Source: Nitrosopumilaceae archaeon (GTDB lineage: Archaea; Thermoproteota; Nitrososphaeria; Nitrososphaerales; Nitrosopumilaceae). From it: 64,000 nucleotides of DNA. Position numbers and translations under genes: made by a program. Position 1 is the first letter of the stretch. Every line of letters begins with the position of its first letter. The stretch is from positions 384,001 to 448,000 of the forward strand of contig OZ242365.1 of the NCBI GenBank assembly GCA_965208905.1, read 5' to 3'. This document shows, in pieces, positions 30,412-40,309 of this stretch. The notes beneath the pieces are model-generated. The model was not told the origin of the DNA, made no database searches, and saw only the letters and a list, made by a program, of their open reading frames with translations.

Positions 30412-31529
30412 TGTCTTCCAAAGACGCCCCAGCGGCTCTTCTTGTATCCCCCTATTACACGGTCTAGCATATCATATGTGATGGTAAAACCATTTCCAAC
30501 CATGGTGTCATTCTTGTCATATTTACCTGGGTCGTCCACGACATCTCTTATCTTTCTGGATTTGATGTCTCGAAGGAACAACCTCTTTCCATCCTCTAAT
30601 GATACAATCATATCATCACTCAGACCTATTATGGAATACTTTTCAAAGAAGCGTATGGAGCCACCCTTTCGTACCATCACACTACAGTCGTATGTAGCTT
30701 TACTCCCATAGATGGAGATGTCGTGGCCTATAATGCGAACATCATCTTCCATGTTTTTGATGATTATGTTCTCCCCCTCCAATAGTACAGTGTCAGTAGC
30801 GTTCTCCAACACCACACTTCCATGAGGCGCATACAGGTGCGTTCTATGCTCTTGTACTGTGTACAGACCCACGCGGCCGTCCGGGTCATTAACCCTGTAC
30901 TTTCTACCGCGAACATCCCCCACCACAATGTTGCCTCTCTCGGCAGTTATGTTGGCCCCGTTCTCTATACGGTATCTATTCTTTAAAGGGTCAACCATCT
31001 TAAAGTCGCCCGATTGTAGTTTGATATCAGTCTTGAACTCTTTGGTCCATGATGGACTGTTTATGCTGCCCTGCATCAGCATAGGGCCAGCATATGTCAG
31101 GGCACCTGCCATGTAGTTTCCCTTCATGTATAATGTTTTATTGGCTTTCACCTCAAACTCCATCTCACCAAACGTCTTTGAGCCGAACATTCGGGTTCCA
31201 GTTACACCACTGCGCAGGAGGGCTCCGGCCCACTCTTGCGCAGCATTCATCTGGGCGCTTATCTCCTGTCCTAATATCTCATTTCTCTTCTTTATCTCCC
31301 GGTCCGTATCACCCGAGAAGACCCGAGAGTTTCGTAATTTTTCCAGAGGTGTGTCTGGATACTTCTTTCCCCTCTTTAGATCCTCGTAAGCCTGCTTTAT
31401 CTTCATGAATCTACTACTGTCCCCACCCCGGTCTGAATGCTCTAATAGTGCCATGTGCCGGAAGGCATCCCGGATGTCTTTCTGAGTAGCCCCCTCTTTT
31501 ATCCCTAGAATATCATAGTTGCTCTCCAT
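30408..31529 (-). CDS. J-domain (DnaJ-like) protein
   Basis: N-terminal YDILG..IRDAFR..HSDRGG..IKQAYE (variant HSD instead of HPD). Confidence 0.8.
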   Translation of the reverse strand: MESNYDILGIKEGATQKDIRDAFRHMALLEHSDRGGDSSRFMKIKQAYEDLKRGKKYPDTPLEKLRNSRVFSGDTDREIKKRNEILGQEISAQMNAAQEWAGALLRSGVTGTRMFGSKTFGEMEFEVKANKTLYMKGNYMAGALTYAGPMLMQGSINSPSWTKEFKTDIKLQSGDFKMVDPLKNRYRIENGANITAERGNIVVGDVRGRKYRVNDPDGRVGLYTVQEHRTHLYAPHGSVVLENATDTVLLEGENIIIKNMEDDVRIIGHDISIYGSKATYDCSVMVRKGGSIRFFEKYSIIGLSDDMIVSLEDGKRLFLRDIKSRKIRDVVDDPGKYDKNDTMVGNGFTITYDMLDRVIGGYKKSRWGVFGRH

Positions 31530-31596
31530 GAGTATGTAATGCTATATTATCACTTTTTTATGATTCTTTTTTTGACTCTGGTGCCACTGACCTTAA

Positions 31597-33068
31597 GGGA
31601 ATTATATACAAAAGTACACAGCCTCGGCTGTACACTCATGCCTTTTCTGACGGCTTTTTTGTATACAGTGGAGCATAGAAGGTGTTGGCTTGTAGTCCTC
31701 CTTGTGCCCCGGCCGTCTTAGGACGACCTTCCCCGCCGCCCTATGCAGAATATTCCAGGCGGCATTGACATCCGCGTGGAATACCCTGGTACAATTAGTG
31801 CAAATGAATTTGTCGCGTGATATACGCGACTCTGAATCTACGTAACCACACACATGGCACGTCTGGCTCGTATATTTGGCCGATGCCCCCAACAGCGGTA
31901 TGTTGTGCATCTCACACCACTGCGCAAGCTTGCGCAGGAACTCCCCAACATGGTTCTCCCGCATTGAACGGTTCATGGCGCGTTTGTAATTCCCGCCATA
32001 CGTGGTCATATCCTGTATAGAGAGTGATTCGGCCACGACTGCGTCCACACCATTGGTTATCTGTACAATCGTCTGATTTATGGTGTTCGCAGCTATGTTG
32101 TTGGCCTTCCTGTATAGCCGCTTTATTTGGTCATTCAATATATGCCACTTCCGGCCATGTCGTGTCTTGCGGTCGCGCAAACTCTTTAGCGCGTCAATCT
32201 CCCGCAGGATTGCTCTATGGCGGGTGTTGTGTATTGTAACATTACCATTTGTGTCGACAGTGACGGCGAGATGCTTGCCTCCCACATCGACACCCCGTAT
32301 TGTACCAGTATTGCGGTGCGACTCTACCGGTTCATGTATGGCAATATGCAGCTCAAACATGTGGTCTGACGGCTTTGTATGCTTGTCCACCCGTTTGGTG
32401 ACATCAACTATCTTGAATGAGCGCATGTCCCATAATACATTGATGGGCTTGGCGGTCTCTACAATACCATATCCGGGGATATGTATGGTGTGCTCGCCTT
32501 TCTGTATAGGCGGTGTAACGGAACTCAATATGATGCGGCCGTCTTTGCGGCGGTATGGCGCGTGGCCGGAGTTGTCATCTACAACTCTTCCACATGCGAT
32601 AGAGGCATCCTGTATGGCGCCCCTACCAAACGATGTGGGGCACTCGCGCAGCCATGCATGTTCAGCGCGCCACTCCGTAAGCTGCTTGAACATGCCGTAC
32701 TTTAATGCCCTCTTTGACGGCCCAAAGTCATATGTCTGATAGTCATCTTCCAGTGTACCTGATGTAAAATCGTCCAGTGTGTTTGGTAGTTTGAAGGGCT
32801 GTAGTATGTCCACTACCACCCTCCCCATATATTCGCCACCAAACAAATACTCTGATACGGCCCGGTTGTACACATATCTTGACGCATGATTCGTGCGGTG
32901 CGCCCACTTGGCGAATGACACATCCCTTCGTAGCGGTACCTTGACTACCCGTATCATAATGTGTAATACGGTATACTGGTATTTAAGGAGAGTTGCTGTA
33001 TGGACGCGTTCCGTGGTTCAGGAAGTAACTCTCAGAATCGGGGTTGTGTACTTTTGTATATAATTCCC
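31597..33068 (-). mobile_element. TIR-bounded TnpB-only element, family B (IS1595/ISNwi1-like ends)
   Basis: Perfect 24-bp TIR GGGAATTATATACAAAAGTACACA (31597-31620 and 33045-33068); flanks GACCTTAA (31589-31596) and TACCTTAA (33069-33076) form an 8-bp TSD with 1 mismatch. Confidence 0.9.
31602..32957 (-). CDS. tnpB: TnpB RNA-guided endonuclease (family B)
   Basis: RYVYN, RuvC-I GVDVGGK, RuvC-II VAESLSI, TSQTCHVC..CTNC and RuvC-III HADVNAAWNI; TTAAATA promoter about 23 bp upstream. Confidence 0.92.
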   Translation of the reverse strand: MIRVVKVPLRRDVSFAKWAHRTNHASRYVYNRAVSEYLFGGEYMGRVVVDILQPFKLPNTLDDFTSGTLEDDYQTYDFGPSKRALKYGMFKQLTEWRAEHAWLRECPTSFGRGAIQDASIACGRVVDDNSGHAPYRRKDGRIILSSVTPPIQKGEHTIHIPGYGIVETAKPINVLWDMRSFKIVDVTKRVDKHTKPSDHMFELHIAIHEPVESHRNTGTIRGVDVGGKHLAVTVDTNGNVTIHNTRHRAILREIDALKSLRDRKTRHGRKWHILNDQIKRLYRKANNIAANTINQTIVQITNGVDAVVAESLSIQDMTTYGGNYKRAMNRSMRENHVGEFLRKLAQWCEMHNIPLLGASAKYTSQTCHVCGYVDSESRISRDKFICTNCTRVFHADVNAAWNILHRAAGKVVLRRPGHKEDYKPTPSMLHCIQKSRQKRHECTAEAVYFCI

Positions 33069-33106
33069 TACCTTAACAATATAAGACATAATACAAAATA
33101 TAGCAT

Positions 33107-34834
33107 ATGGTTGAGGAGGAACTATCCCAAATCTCAATAACGGAGTTTGAGAATATATGGATGCTCTTTCTGTCTTCTACATCGATACAGGTTGCTTTTG
33201 TAGTACTGATATCGGGTATGATTGGTATAATTAGCGGGTATAGAAAGTTCTCCAATTGGGTTACCGGTCAAAAATTCTACTATGAGAGACCACATGCGTC
33301 ACGGTTCCTGCGGCGGGTTGCCTTACCATTCTTTGCCATCGCACTTATCACATCATTTAATGTGTATACACAATTTACTTTGAGTAGTGCAGAGACGCAT
33401 AATGTGGCCGCCGAGGAGACACTATCAAAGATACTGAATACCTTCAATATACTGGTTATAGGGTATACTGTAGCACATCTTGTTCCTATAATACTGAACA
33501 AGATTGAGAAGAGAAAGCTGGAAGAGTTGGATTTTGATATATGGTTTGAGATGCGTGGGTTTGTTGATGACGCTGATGGGTTCTTCCATAAATTATACAG
33601 ATGGGTTCCGCCCCGAACCGCCCCCGAAGAGATAGGCGAAGAGAGATTCACTGAACTACTCAAAACACCCGAAGGCATCTTGTATCTAGAAGCGTTTAGG
33701 ACATCAAAGGGGGTCTCTATAGGTAGTTATGAGGAACTACAGGATGATACATTTGAGACCTGGAAGAAGTCTGAGAGAAGAAAGTTTGAAAAATATTACA
33801 ACGACTGCATAAGTGGGGACAACCAGTCGGGCAGAAAACTAAAACCCAACTCCATACCACGCGAGATATTCTCCATAGATATATGGCGGGAAGAGAAACG
33901 CCTGAACGGTTATGATTATGTGGTGCCAGGTGCCCGACCCCCTGGCCACGCAACAAGAAAGAAGAAGGATGCGCCCATGTCCTTACAACGCATCTTACCA
34001 TTGGTTATATTCGCCGCCGTTGGATTGGGAGTTGCTGCCTCATGGGGCATAGACTTGTTTGTTCTGGCTACTGCCACCGGCGGCTTCTCCATAGGGTTGG
34101 GACTGGCACTACAAGAGACGATGCAGAACTACTTTGCGTATATAACTATACGGAAAGACAAGATAGTCGTTGAGGGTGACCGTATAAAGTTGGAGAGCGG
34201 TTACAATGGGAATGTGCACAAGATAACTCCACGAGTTACATATATCATGGACCCACTATACGAGTCTGTCGCCATAATTCCGACCAGGCAGCTGGTTGCC
34301 ACCCAGATTGTAAACTATACAAAAGAACACCATGTGGTTCCGGCAGTGGTATCTGTGGGGGTATCATACTTGAACAACCCCCGTCAGGTGGCATCTATTC
34401 TACATAAGGTGGGAGTACGCGCCATGCGTGAAATTGTCGATGACAAAGGCAGGCACATCATACGACAACATCGATGTCCAAACTTGGATGAAAACAAGGC
34501 CAGTTGTGGTTGTGATCGAGACGTACACGAAAATCTGTCACAACCTATTGTACGCTTTTCGAACTTTGGCGACTCGGCTTTGGACTTTACTGTGCTGGTT
34601 TACGTTCGTAACTATGGATCCCAGTTCAAGACTAAAACTGAGATGCGGGTTATGATATATGAAGAGTTTGAAAAATACGACATTCGTATACCCTGGCCTA
34701 TCCGAACCATATACAACAGCAATGAGGCTCAGGAACGTGAAGATATAGCCAAACGTGATAAAGCCCGTGAAAAGTTGATGAAAGAGTATAATGTGTTTGA
34801 TATTGTTCCGAGTGATGATGGTTCAACAGAATAG
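33107..34834 (+). CDS. MscS-family mechanosensitive channel (large)
   Basis: TM helices, GLGLALQETMQNYFA, EGDRI, VGVSY, FGDSALDF and IRIPWP motifs. Confidence 0.9.
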   Translation: MVEEELSQISITEFENIWMLFLSSTSIQVAFVVLISGMIGIISGYRKFSNWVTGQKFYYERPHASRFLRRVALPFFAIALITSFNVYTQFTLSSAETHNVAAEETLSKILNTFNILVIGYTVAHLVPIILNKIEKRKLEELDFDIWFEMRGFVDDADGFFHKLYRWVPPRTAPEEIGEERFTELLKTPEGILYLEAFRTSKGVSIGSYEELQDDTFETWKKSERRKFEKYYNDCISGDNQSGRKLKPNSIPREIFSIDIWREEKRLNGYDYVVPGARPPGHATRKKKDAPMSLQRILPLVIFAAVGLGVAASWGIDLFVLATATGGFSIGLGLALQETMQNYFAYITIRKDKIVVEGDRIKLESGYNGNVHKITPRVTYIMDPLYESVAIIPTRQLVATQIVNYTKEHHVVPAVVSVGVSYLNNPRQVASILHKVGVRAMREIVDDKGRHIIRQHRCPNLDENKASCGCDRDVHENLSQPIVRFSNFGDSALDFTVLVYVRNYGSQFKTKTEMRVMIYEEFEKYDIRIPWPIRTIYNSNEAQEREDIAKRDKAREKLMKEYNVFDIVPSDDGSTE

Positions 34835-34839
34835 TCATG

Positions 34840-36352
34840 GGTTCCTACTGCAAGCACGGGGGTTCCCGCATCCACAATACATCACACGTCACGCCAGAGG
34901 ACGACGGTGCATGATACATCTCGTTCCCCGGTCTGTGCTTGACGTTTCTCAGGGGAGCTGATGCGAGAACCCTCCACGTCCAGACACCCCTTAACATGGG
35001 TGCTGCCGGTATGGTCCGGCAAGTTTCGTAAGTTTAGTTGACCATGCATGGCCTCTGAGCCCAACTTTTTTAGCCCCGCATCCTCTATGTTTGAGCCCGC
35101 ATTACAGTCGGCATGATACGTGTAGCCACACTTCTTACACAAGAATTTTCTACCATCCCGGTTATCCTTATGTGTATAACCGCACGAGTAGCACCGTTGA
35201 CTTGTATACGCTGCCGCAACCCAAATTATTTCGCCAGCCAACTTGTACGCCAACAGTAATGCCAACAGCCCCCAGCACTGCTCCAGGATGGCCTTATTGA
35301 GACCAGATTTCTGCGCAACGTTTTTGCCGGGGTTTTCTTCCGTACCCTTGGCGGACTTTGCCATGTTTTGTATAGGAAGTTTTTCAAAGGCCGCATGTGT
35401 GGTGCTGTCCGATATAACGCGTGATATTTTATGCGCGGTGGTCTTTCGAATATTTGCGGCTTTGCGTTTGTTCTTGGCGGCACGTTTGCTGGCTTTGGCC
35501 CACCGTCGGGAGCCGGGCTTACGATTCGTATGGTTGGGTTTCTGCCTGCGTGACGCTATCTTTTGTGCCTTAGAGGCTGTTTTTCGGCGTTGTTCATGCG
35601 GCGTGCCACCTTTTCGGGTATTATCATCACACAGTCAGGTGTGGCCACATTACCGACATTCCGGTCTATACCAATAACAGTCGGTTCCGTCACGGTTGGC
35701 TTCTCATCGGGTATATCACAAGATATGGTAATCCTCCACCCACCATCCGGTAGTTGAAACAGTTGTGCCGTCTTGTATCGGTAATTCAAGACGGGAAACT
35801 CCCGCGACAGTTTAACCTCGCCCATCTTAGCTATCTTGACTGTACGTTCGCCAGTGAAGCGCGCTTGACCAATAGTGCCATCATGCGTTATTGTAAACGG
35901 GATGGAGATGTGACCTCCATATTTCTTAAAGTGCGGTTCACCAAACTCCGCCTTAGGTTTGATGTTGACAGCCTTCAGCTTCTCTGTTTCCACATATTGG
36001 TCATAATGCCTGCCCAAGTCATGTAATACTTGGCGCGTCACCCCGGATATGGATTGACGCATCCAACGCGGACCTGAATCGTTGCGCAAGTCCGTATACC
36101 ACGCGTTTATCCTACCACGCGTAGTGTTGACCCTCCCAGCTCGACGGTACTCTTCCTTGAAGGTTCCCAATAGTTTGTTATACACGTACCTGTCCACGCC
36201 GGCCTGTCTGGCCAACATCTCCTTCTTGAACCCTTTACGGAATCTAACGCCGAATGTGTATGTGCGTAGTACCATTAGCGTACAGTACGGTCTACATGTT
36301 TAAAAAGATAGTTGAGATGTGATACATAACACCCGTCCTTGCGGGAGGAACC
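34840..36352 (-). mobile_element. TIR-bounded TnpB-only element, family C copy 1
   Basis: Ends GGTTCCTACTGCAAGCACGGG (34840) and CCCGTCCTTGCGGGAGGAACC (36352); flanks TAGTCATG (34832-34839) and TAATCATG (36353-36360) form an 8-bp TSD with 1 mismatch. Confidence 0.88.
34882..36275 (-). pseudogene. tnpB: Frameshifted tnpB (family C)
   Basis: ORFs 35556-36275 and 34882-35364 are the two halves of the 58076-59509 protein; an A5 run (35580-35584) replaces the A6 run of the intact copy. Confidence 0.9.
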
Positions 36353-36397
36353 TAATCATGCAAGATTTATGAATCCGCCAAATAATACGTCATACTA

Positions 36398-37273
36398 TTG
36401 ACAAAAACCACTGTAATTGTTGGCAGCTCCCCCACAGAGTTGGCTCACAGTATAGCGCAGAGATTAGATGCTGACATTGTGACCTCGAAGATTAAAAGAT
36501 TTCCTGACGGTGAGTCAAAGATAACACTCTCTGGCGAACCTTCGGGCAGATGCATAGTGGTGCAGTCTACGCACCCGCCTGTGGACACCAATACCATACT
36601 TGCATTCTCTTTGGTGTTGCAGGCTGCTAAACAGTCTGATGATGTAACAGCCGTCATACCCTACATGGGGTATGGTCGGCAGGACAAGGAGTTTCTGCCT
36701 GGCGAATTAGTTACCATTCAAGGAGTAGCAAAACTCTTTCTATTGGCCGGGGCAAAGAACATACTAACTGTAGACATTCATAGTATGACTGCTCTTGATT
36801 ACTTTGGGGGTGGGGCCAAAAACGTCTCGGCCATACCCTCCCTAGCCGAATATATTCTCACAATGAACTTGGAGCGCCCACTGGTTGTATCACCGGATCA
36901 GGGCGGGATAGATAGAGCAGATAAATTTGCCCACATACTAAATGCTGAGAGTTTTGCCTTAGAGAAGAGGCGGGATAGAGAGACCGGCGATGTTAAAATA
37001 CAAAACAGTAAGGTGAACGTCCATAACCGTAATATTATTTTGGTGGATGATATGGTGAGTACCGGAGGAAGTATAGTCAAGGCTGCTCAATTTTTGATAA
37101 GTCAAGGATGCGCCGATATCTATGTAGCCTGTACTCATGCCCTCTTGGTAAATGATGCACTACAAAACATCAAAGATGCCGGTGTACAAAAGGTAATCAG
37201 CACCAACACAATACCTAATAGTACTACCTCTGTGGATGTATCCGCAACAATAACAGATGCCCTCCAGGCTTGA
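36398..37273 (+). CDS. prs: Ribose-phosphate pyrophosphokinase
   Basis: RFPDGE, PYMGYGRQDK, VDIHS, SPDQGG and LVDDMVSTGGS motifs. Confidence 0.95.
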   Translation: MTKTTVIVGSSPTELAHSIAQRLDADIVTSKIKRFPDGESKITLSGEPSGRCIVVQSTHPPVDTNTILAFSLVLQAAKQSDDVTAVIPYMGYGRQDKEFLPGELVTIQGVAKLFLLAGAKNILTVDIHSMTALDYFGGGAKNVSAIPSLAEYILTMNLERPLVVSPDQGGIDRADKFAHILNAESFALEKRRDRETGDVKIQNSKVNVHNRNIILVDDMVSTGGSIVKAAQFLISQGCADIYVACTHALLVNDALQNIKDAGVQKVISTNTIPNSTTSVDVSATITDALQA

Positions 37274-37311
37274 ACAAGTCCGTACTGAGTCAAGGCTGGG
37301 GTGTGCTTGCC

Positions 37312-37370
37312 GCCAGGCTGTCAACCTACGCGCATGTCTGTGGGACAAGCGCTGTAGATGGGACAGTTCC
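37312..37370 (+). mobile_element. Solo family-A terminal repeat
   Basis: CAGGCTGTCAACCTACGCGCATGTCTGTGGGACAAGCGCTGTAGATGGGACAGTTCC matches the family A TIR; no partner end or ORF. Confidence 0.75.
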
Positions 37371-37408
37371 TATAGATTAATAACGAATAATCGAATGAAT
37401 CAAACAGC

Positions 37409-37482
37409 GGGCCGGTCGTCTAGTCGGTTAGGATACCGCCTCGACACGGCGGTGGTCGTGAGTTCGAATCTCATCCGGCCCA
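37409..37482 (+). tRNA. tRNA-Val(GAC)
   Basis: Acceptor GGGCCGG/CCGGCCC, anticodon stem CCGCC/GGCGG with loop TCGACAC, T-loop TTCGAAT, followed by CCA. Confidence 0.9.
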
Positions 37483-37490
37483 CCATACTA

Positions 37491-37994
37491 TTATTGCATC
37501 ATGGAAGACTCAAAGTTAACTTCCACAATAGCCCATGCCGATTCTACCGTGATCAAACCACTAGCGGCGTACTCTTGTATGTTATTACTAACTATATTCT
37601 GATATTGCGCGCCACCATCTGCTGTTATTGTCATCGTACTCTTTAGTGGTATGGATGCGCCACCATAGAACGCAGCCCTACCAGGCATTGCAATATCTTC
37701 AGTAGAGTATTGCCCAGCGCCTATTACTTGGCCGTCCCCAAACAACTCGTATGATATGGATGGTACGGTGAAAGTCTTATCAGTAGGATTAGTCACTAAG
37801 AACGTCACTTGTAATGTTGCAGTATTCTGTATGTTGTTGATATTAGTGATCTGAACACTCTCCAACTCGATCTCTACTTGTTCTAGAAATGGGTTATCCA
37901 AACTACTATAATATACAATTCCGCCCATAAGGGCCAACATGGCCGCAATGGCCGCATATACAGTCAGCTTGCTCTGTAGCATCATACTAGACAA
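37491..37994 (-). CDS. LEA_2/WHy-like membrane-anchored protein
   Basis: N-terminal TM helix; FLVTNPT..ISYELF..GQVIGAG pattern. Confidence 0.7.
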   Translation of the reverse strand: MSSMMLQSKLTVYAAIAAMLALMGGIVYYSSLDNPFLEQVEIELESVQITNINNIQNTATLQVTFLVTNPTDKTFTVPSISYELFGDGQVIGAGQYSTEDIAMPGRAAFYGGASIPLKSTMTITADGGAQYQNIVSNNIQEYAASGLITVESAWAIVEVNFESSMMQ

Positions 37995-38349
37995 TAGGAC
38001 AATTTACCTAAATAGCTTCACATGTGAAGAACCATCTGTGGCCGGATCCGCCCTGAATGACACGTATGCCGGCTTTTTCTGGCACACTATGACTCCAAAC
38101 AGATTCTTTTTTGCCTTCCCGTTGACTCTCAGGTAGTAGTATCTGCTTTGCGGACCCGCGAGCGGATTTAGCCTCTTCGCAACAGCGCTTATCAAGTCAG
38201 AAATATTATTTCACATTGTGGTTTGACTTTGCCAGAATCACCTCTTGATATGGGCCGTCCTAGGCGTCTATATTGAACAGTTTAGATCATTACTCAACTA
38301 TAAGAGATTTTTACATAAACTCTAATATTTCTTGAAAATTATTATAAGC

Positions 38350-38844
38350 ATGGCTATGGAGCAGGCACTCATTACTTGGGTGCATCTGGTAGCTTCGGCT
38401 ATCTGGGTGGGCGGCTCCATATTCTTGGGAGTGATACTCTCACCAATACTACGTCAAGTGACACCAAACATAGAGGAGCGCTTACGCCTTATGATACTGG
38501 TAGGGAGGCGATTTAACAAGATAGCCATACCTTCTCTGATAGTTTTGGTGGCAACGGGCATATACAACTCCCGCGTCTTATTGGCCAATTACACATTACT
38601 GGATGATTCAAGCTACGGTGTATTTCTTATTATAAAGATGACGCTGGTTGCAATGTTGGTTGTAGTATATCTGACACACGTTCGTATAATTCGTCAAGAT
38701 GTTGTAGATAAAATAATGTCAAAAAATATGGAAGAGTCCGAGTTAAAGCGCCTTCGGATTAAGATCATAATACTAGGCGAAATCACCGTTGTTCTCTCGA
38801 TAGCCATACTCTTCTTTGCAGCCTTATTGGATGCGGGCGTCTGA
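38350..38844 (+). CDS. CopD/DUF4149-like membrane protein
   Basis: WVHLVASAIWVGG, TGIYN, YG..LIIKM and 4 TM helices; start moved to ATG 38350. Confidence 0.75.
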   Translation: MAMEQALITWVHLVASAIWVGGSIFLGVILSPILRQVTPNIEERLRLMILVGRRFNKIAIPSLIVLVATGIYNSRVLLANYTLLDDSSYGVFLIIKMTLVAMLVVVYLTHVRIIRQDVVDKIMSKNMEESELKRLRIKIIILGEITVVLSIAILFFAALLDAGV

Positions 38845-38927
38845 TGTTAAAATAGTCTTGCAGGCAGAGATTTCCATCTAATGAGTTGGTAACCTACGCG
38901 ACGTTTAGTTACCAGCCCACCATCTAA

Positions 38928-40271
38928 CTATGAGAGACTGTACTTTTCTTTCATCTCTTGGTCAAAGAAGAACGAGTCTTCAAAGACAGGCTTTAGGTCA
39001 TCAAGCCATATGGCATCCTCGTCGTACTTTGCAAAGAACGGCCTCTGCACCCAGTCAGGGTTTCGTCCCTGAAGGAAGCGTAACTGCATTACTCTTTGAC
39101 CATTGATGGTGGGCGTGCCTTCTATCATCACCTTTCCTGGCGTCGCAGACATGCTAGGGCCACGAACCGTTCTCCCCAGACCACTTGTCTTCATGTACGC
39201 GGTACGGAATATGTTGTGCGCACGTACTAGGGGTACGCCAAAGTAGTGCTGCGCACCAGTGTCCCGTACTACAAACATGTAGTATGGAATACAACCCATC
39301 TGCACTTGAAGGTGCCACATACGTGACCACATTTCAGCGTCATCATTTATGTGGGCCAAAAGAGGCGACTGTGTCCTTATCTGCGCACCGGTACGTCGCA
39401 CGGCTTGGATGGCATCCTTTAGGGCAGGAGTGGTCATCTCGTTGATGTGATTAAAGTGCGCCATTATTGCGACTTGAAGTCCACTTTGTGTAATTCGATC
39501 AAAGATGTCTAACATCTCATCGGCATCCTTGTCTGTAAGGAATTTGTAAGGCCAGTAAGAGAGTGATTTTGTACCAATGCGAATAGTCCTTAGATTTGGA
39601 ATTTTTGCCTCAAGTAATGTGTCTACGTACGCTCCAAACATCCGTGCGCTCATTATCATGGGGTCGCCACCAGTGAATAAAATATCGGATATCTCCGGAT
39701 GTTCCTGAACATACTGAACTAACTGCTCGCCCTCCTTCATCGCAAACTTCATCTCATCCATTCCCACAAATTGAGGCCAGCGAAAACAGAAACTACAATA
39801 CGCATGACACGTCTGACTCTGACTGGGAAAGAAGAGGCATGTCTCTTTGTATTTGTGTTGCATTCCGTATAGCTTTGTCCCATCCTTCAACTGGGGAACG
39901 TTCAACTCCATCTGGCCTGCCGGGTGCGGATTTAGTTTAAGGCGTATCTCATTGGCCGCCTCGGATATCTCTTTTCGGTCACCGCCACTCTCCAATACAG
40001 ATGCCATCTTGGCATAATGATGAGGCTTGAGCATACCTTTTTGGGGGAACGTGAGTACGAACATGGGATCATTGGGAATATCGCCCCAATCTATCAGCTG
40101 TTCAATGACGTAGTTGTTGGCTTTAAACGGGAGAACGTTGCCGACCACCTCCATCTCAAACTTCTTCTCTTCTGGCATCTCTTGAATTTGTGGTATCTTA
40201 CGAAAGTTAGCTAGTGTATATGAGCCCAAATGTGGAGATTCATCCCAGACGGTTTCCTGATAAGTCAACAT
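38928..40271 (-). CDS. KamA-like radical SAM protein (lysine 2,3-aminomutase family)
   Basis: QHKY, CHAYCSFCFR (CxxxCxxC), FTGGDP, IRIGTK, HFNH and PYYMF motifs; start moved to ATG 40271 because the 5' extension runs into a mobile element. Confidence 0.88.
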   Translation of the reverse strand: MLTYQETVWDESPHLGSYTLANFRKIPQIQEMPEEKKFEMEVVGNVLPFKANNYVIEQLIDWGDIPNDPMFVLTFPQKGMLKPHHYAKMASVLESGGDRKEISEAANEIRLKLNPHPAGQMELNVPQLKDGTKLYGMQHKYKETCLFFPSQSQTCHAYCSFCFRWPQFVGMDEMKFAMKEGEQLVQYVQEHPEISDILFTGGDPMIMSARMFGAYVDTLLEAKIPNLRTIRIGTKSLSYWPYKFLTDKDADEMLDIFDRITQSGLQVAIMAHFNHINEMTTPALKDAIQAVRRTGAQIRTQSPLLAHINDDAEMWSRMWHLQVQMGCIPYYMFVVRDTGAQHYFGVPLVRAHNIFRTAYMKTSGLGRTVRGPSMSATPGKVMIEGTPTINGQRVMQLRFLQGRNPDWVQRPFFAKYDEDAIWLDDLKPVFEDSFFFDQEMKEKYSLS

Positions 40272-40309
40272 AACATATACGTATAATCTATCTTTAAAGT
40301 TATTCATAT

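Noticed and set aside
37257-37646. 129-aa ORF
   Set aside because: Spans a solo TIR, the tRNA-Val and the antisense strand of another gene; spurious.
38004-38195. 63-aa basic ORF as a ribosomal protein
   Set aside because: No recognisable ribosomal motif and a weak start; more likely a gene fragment.
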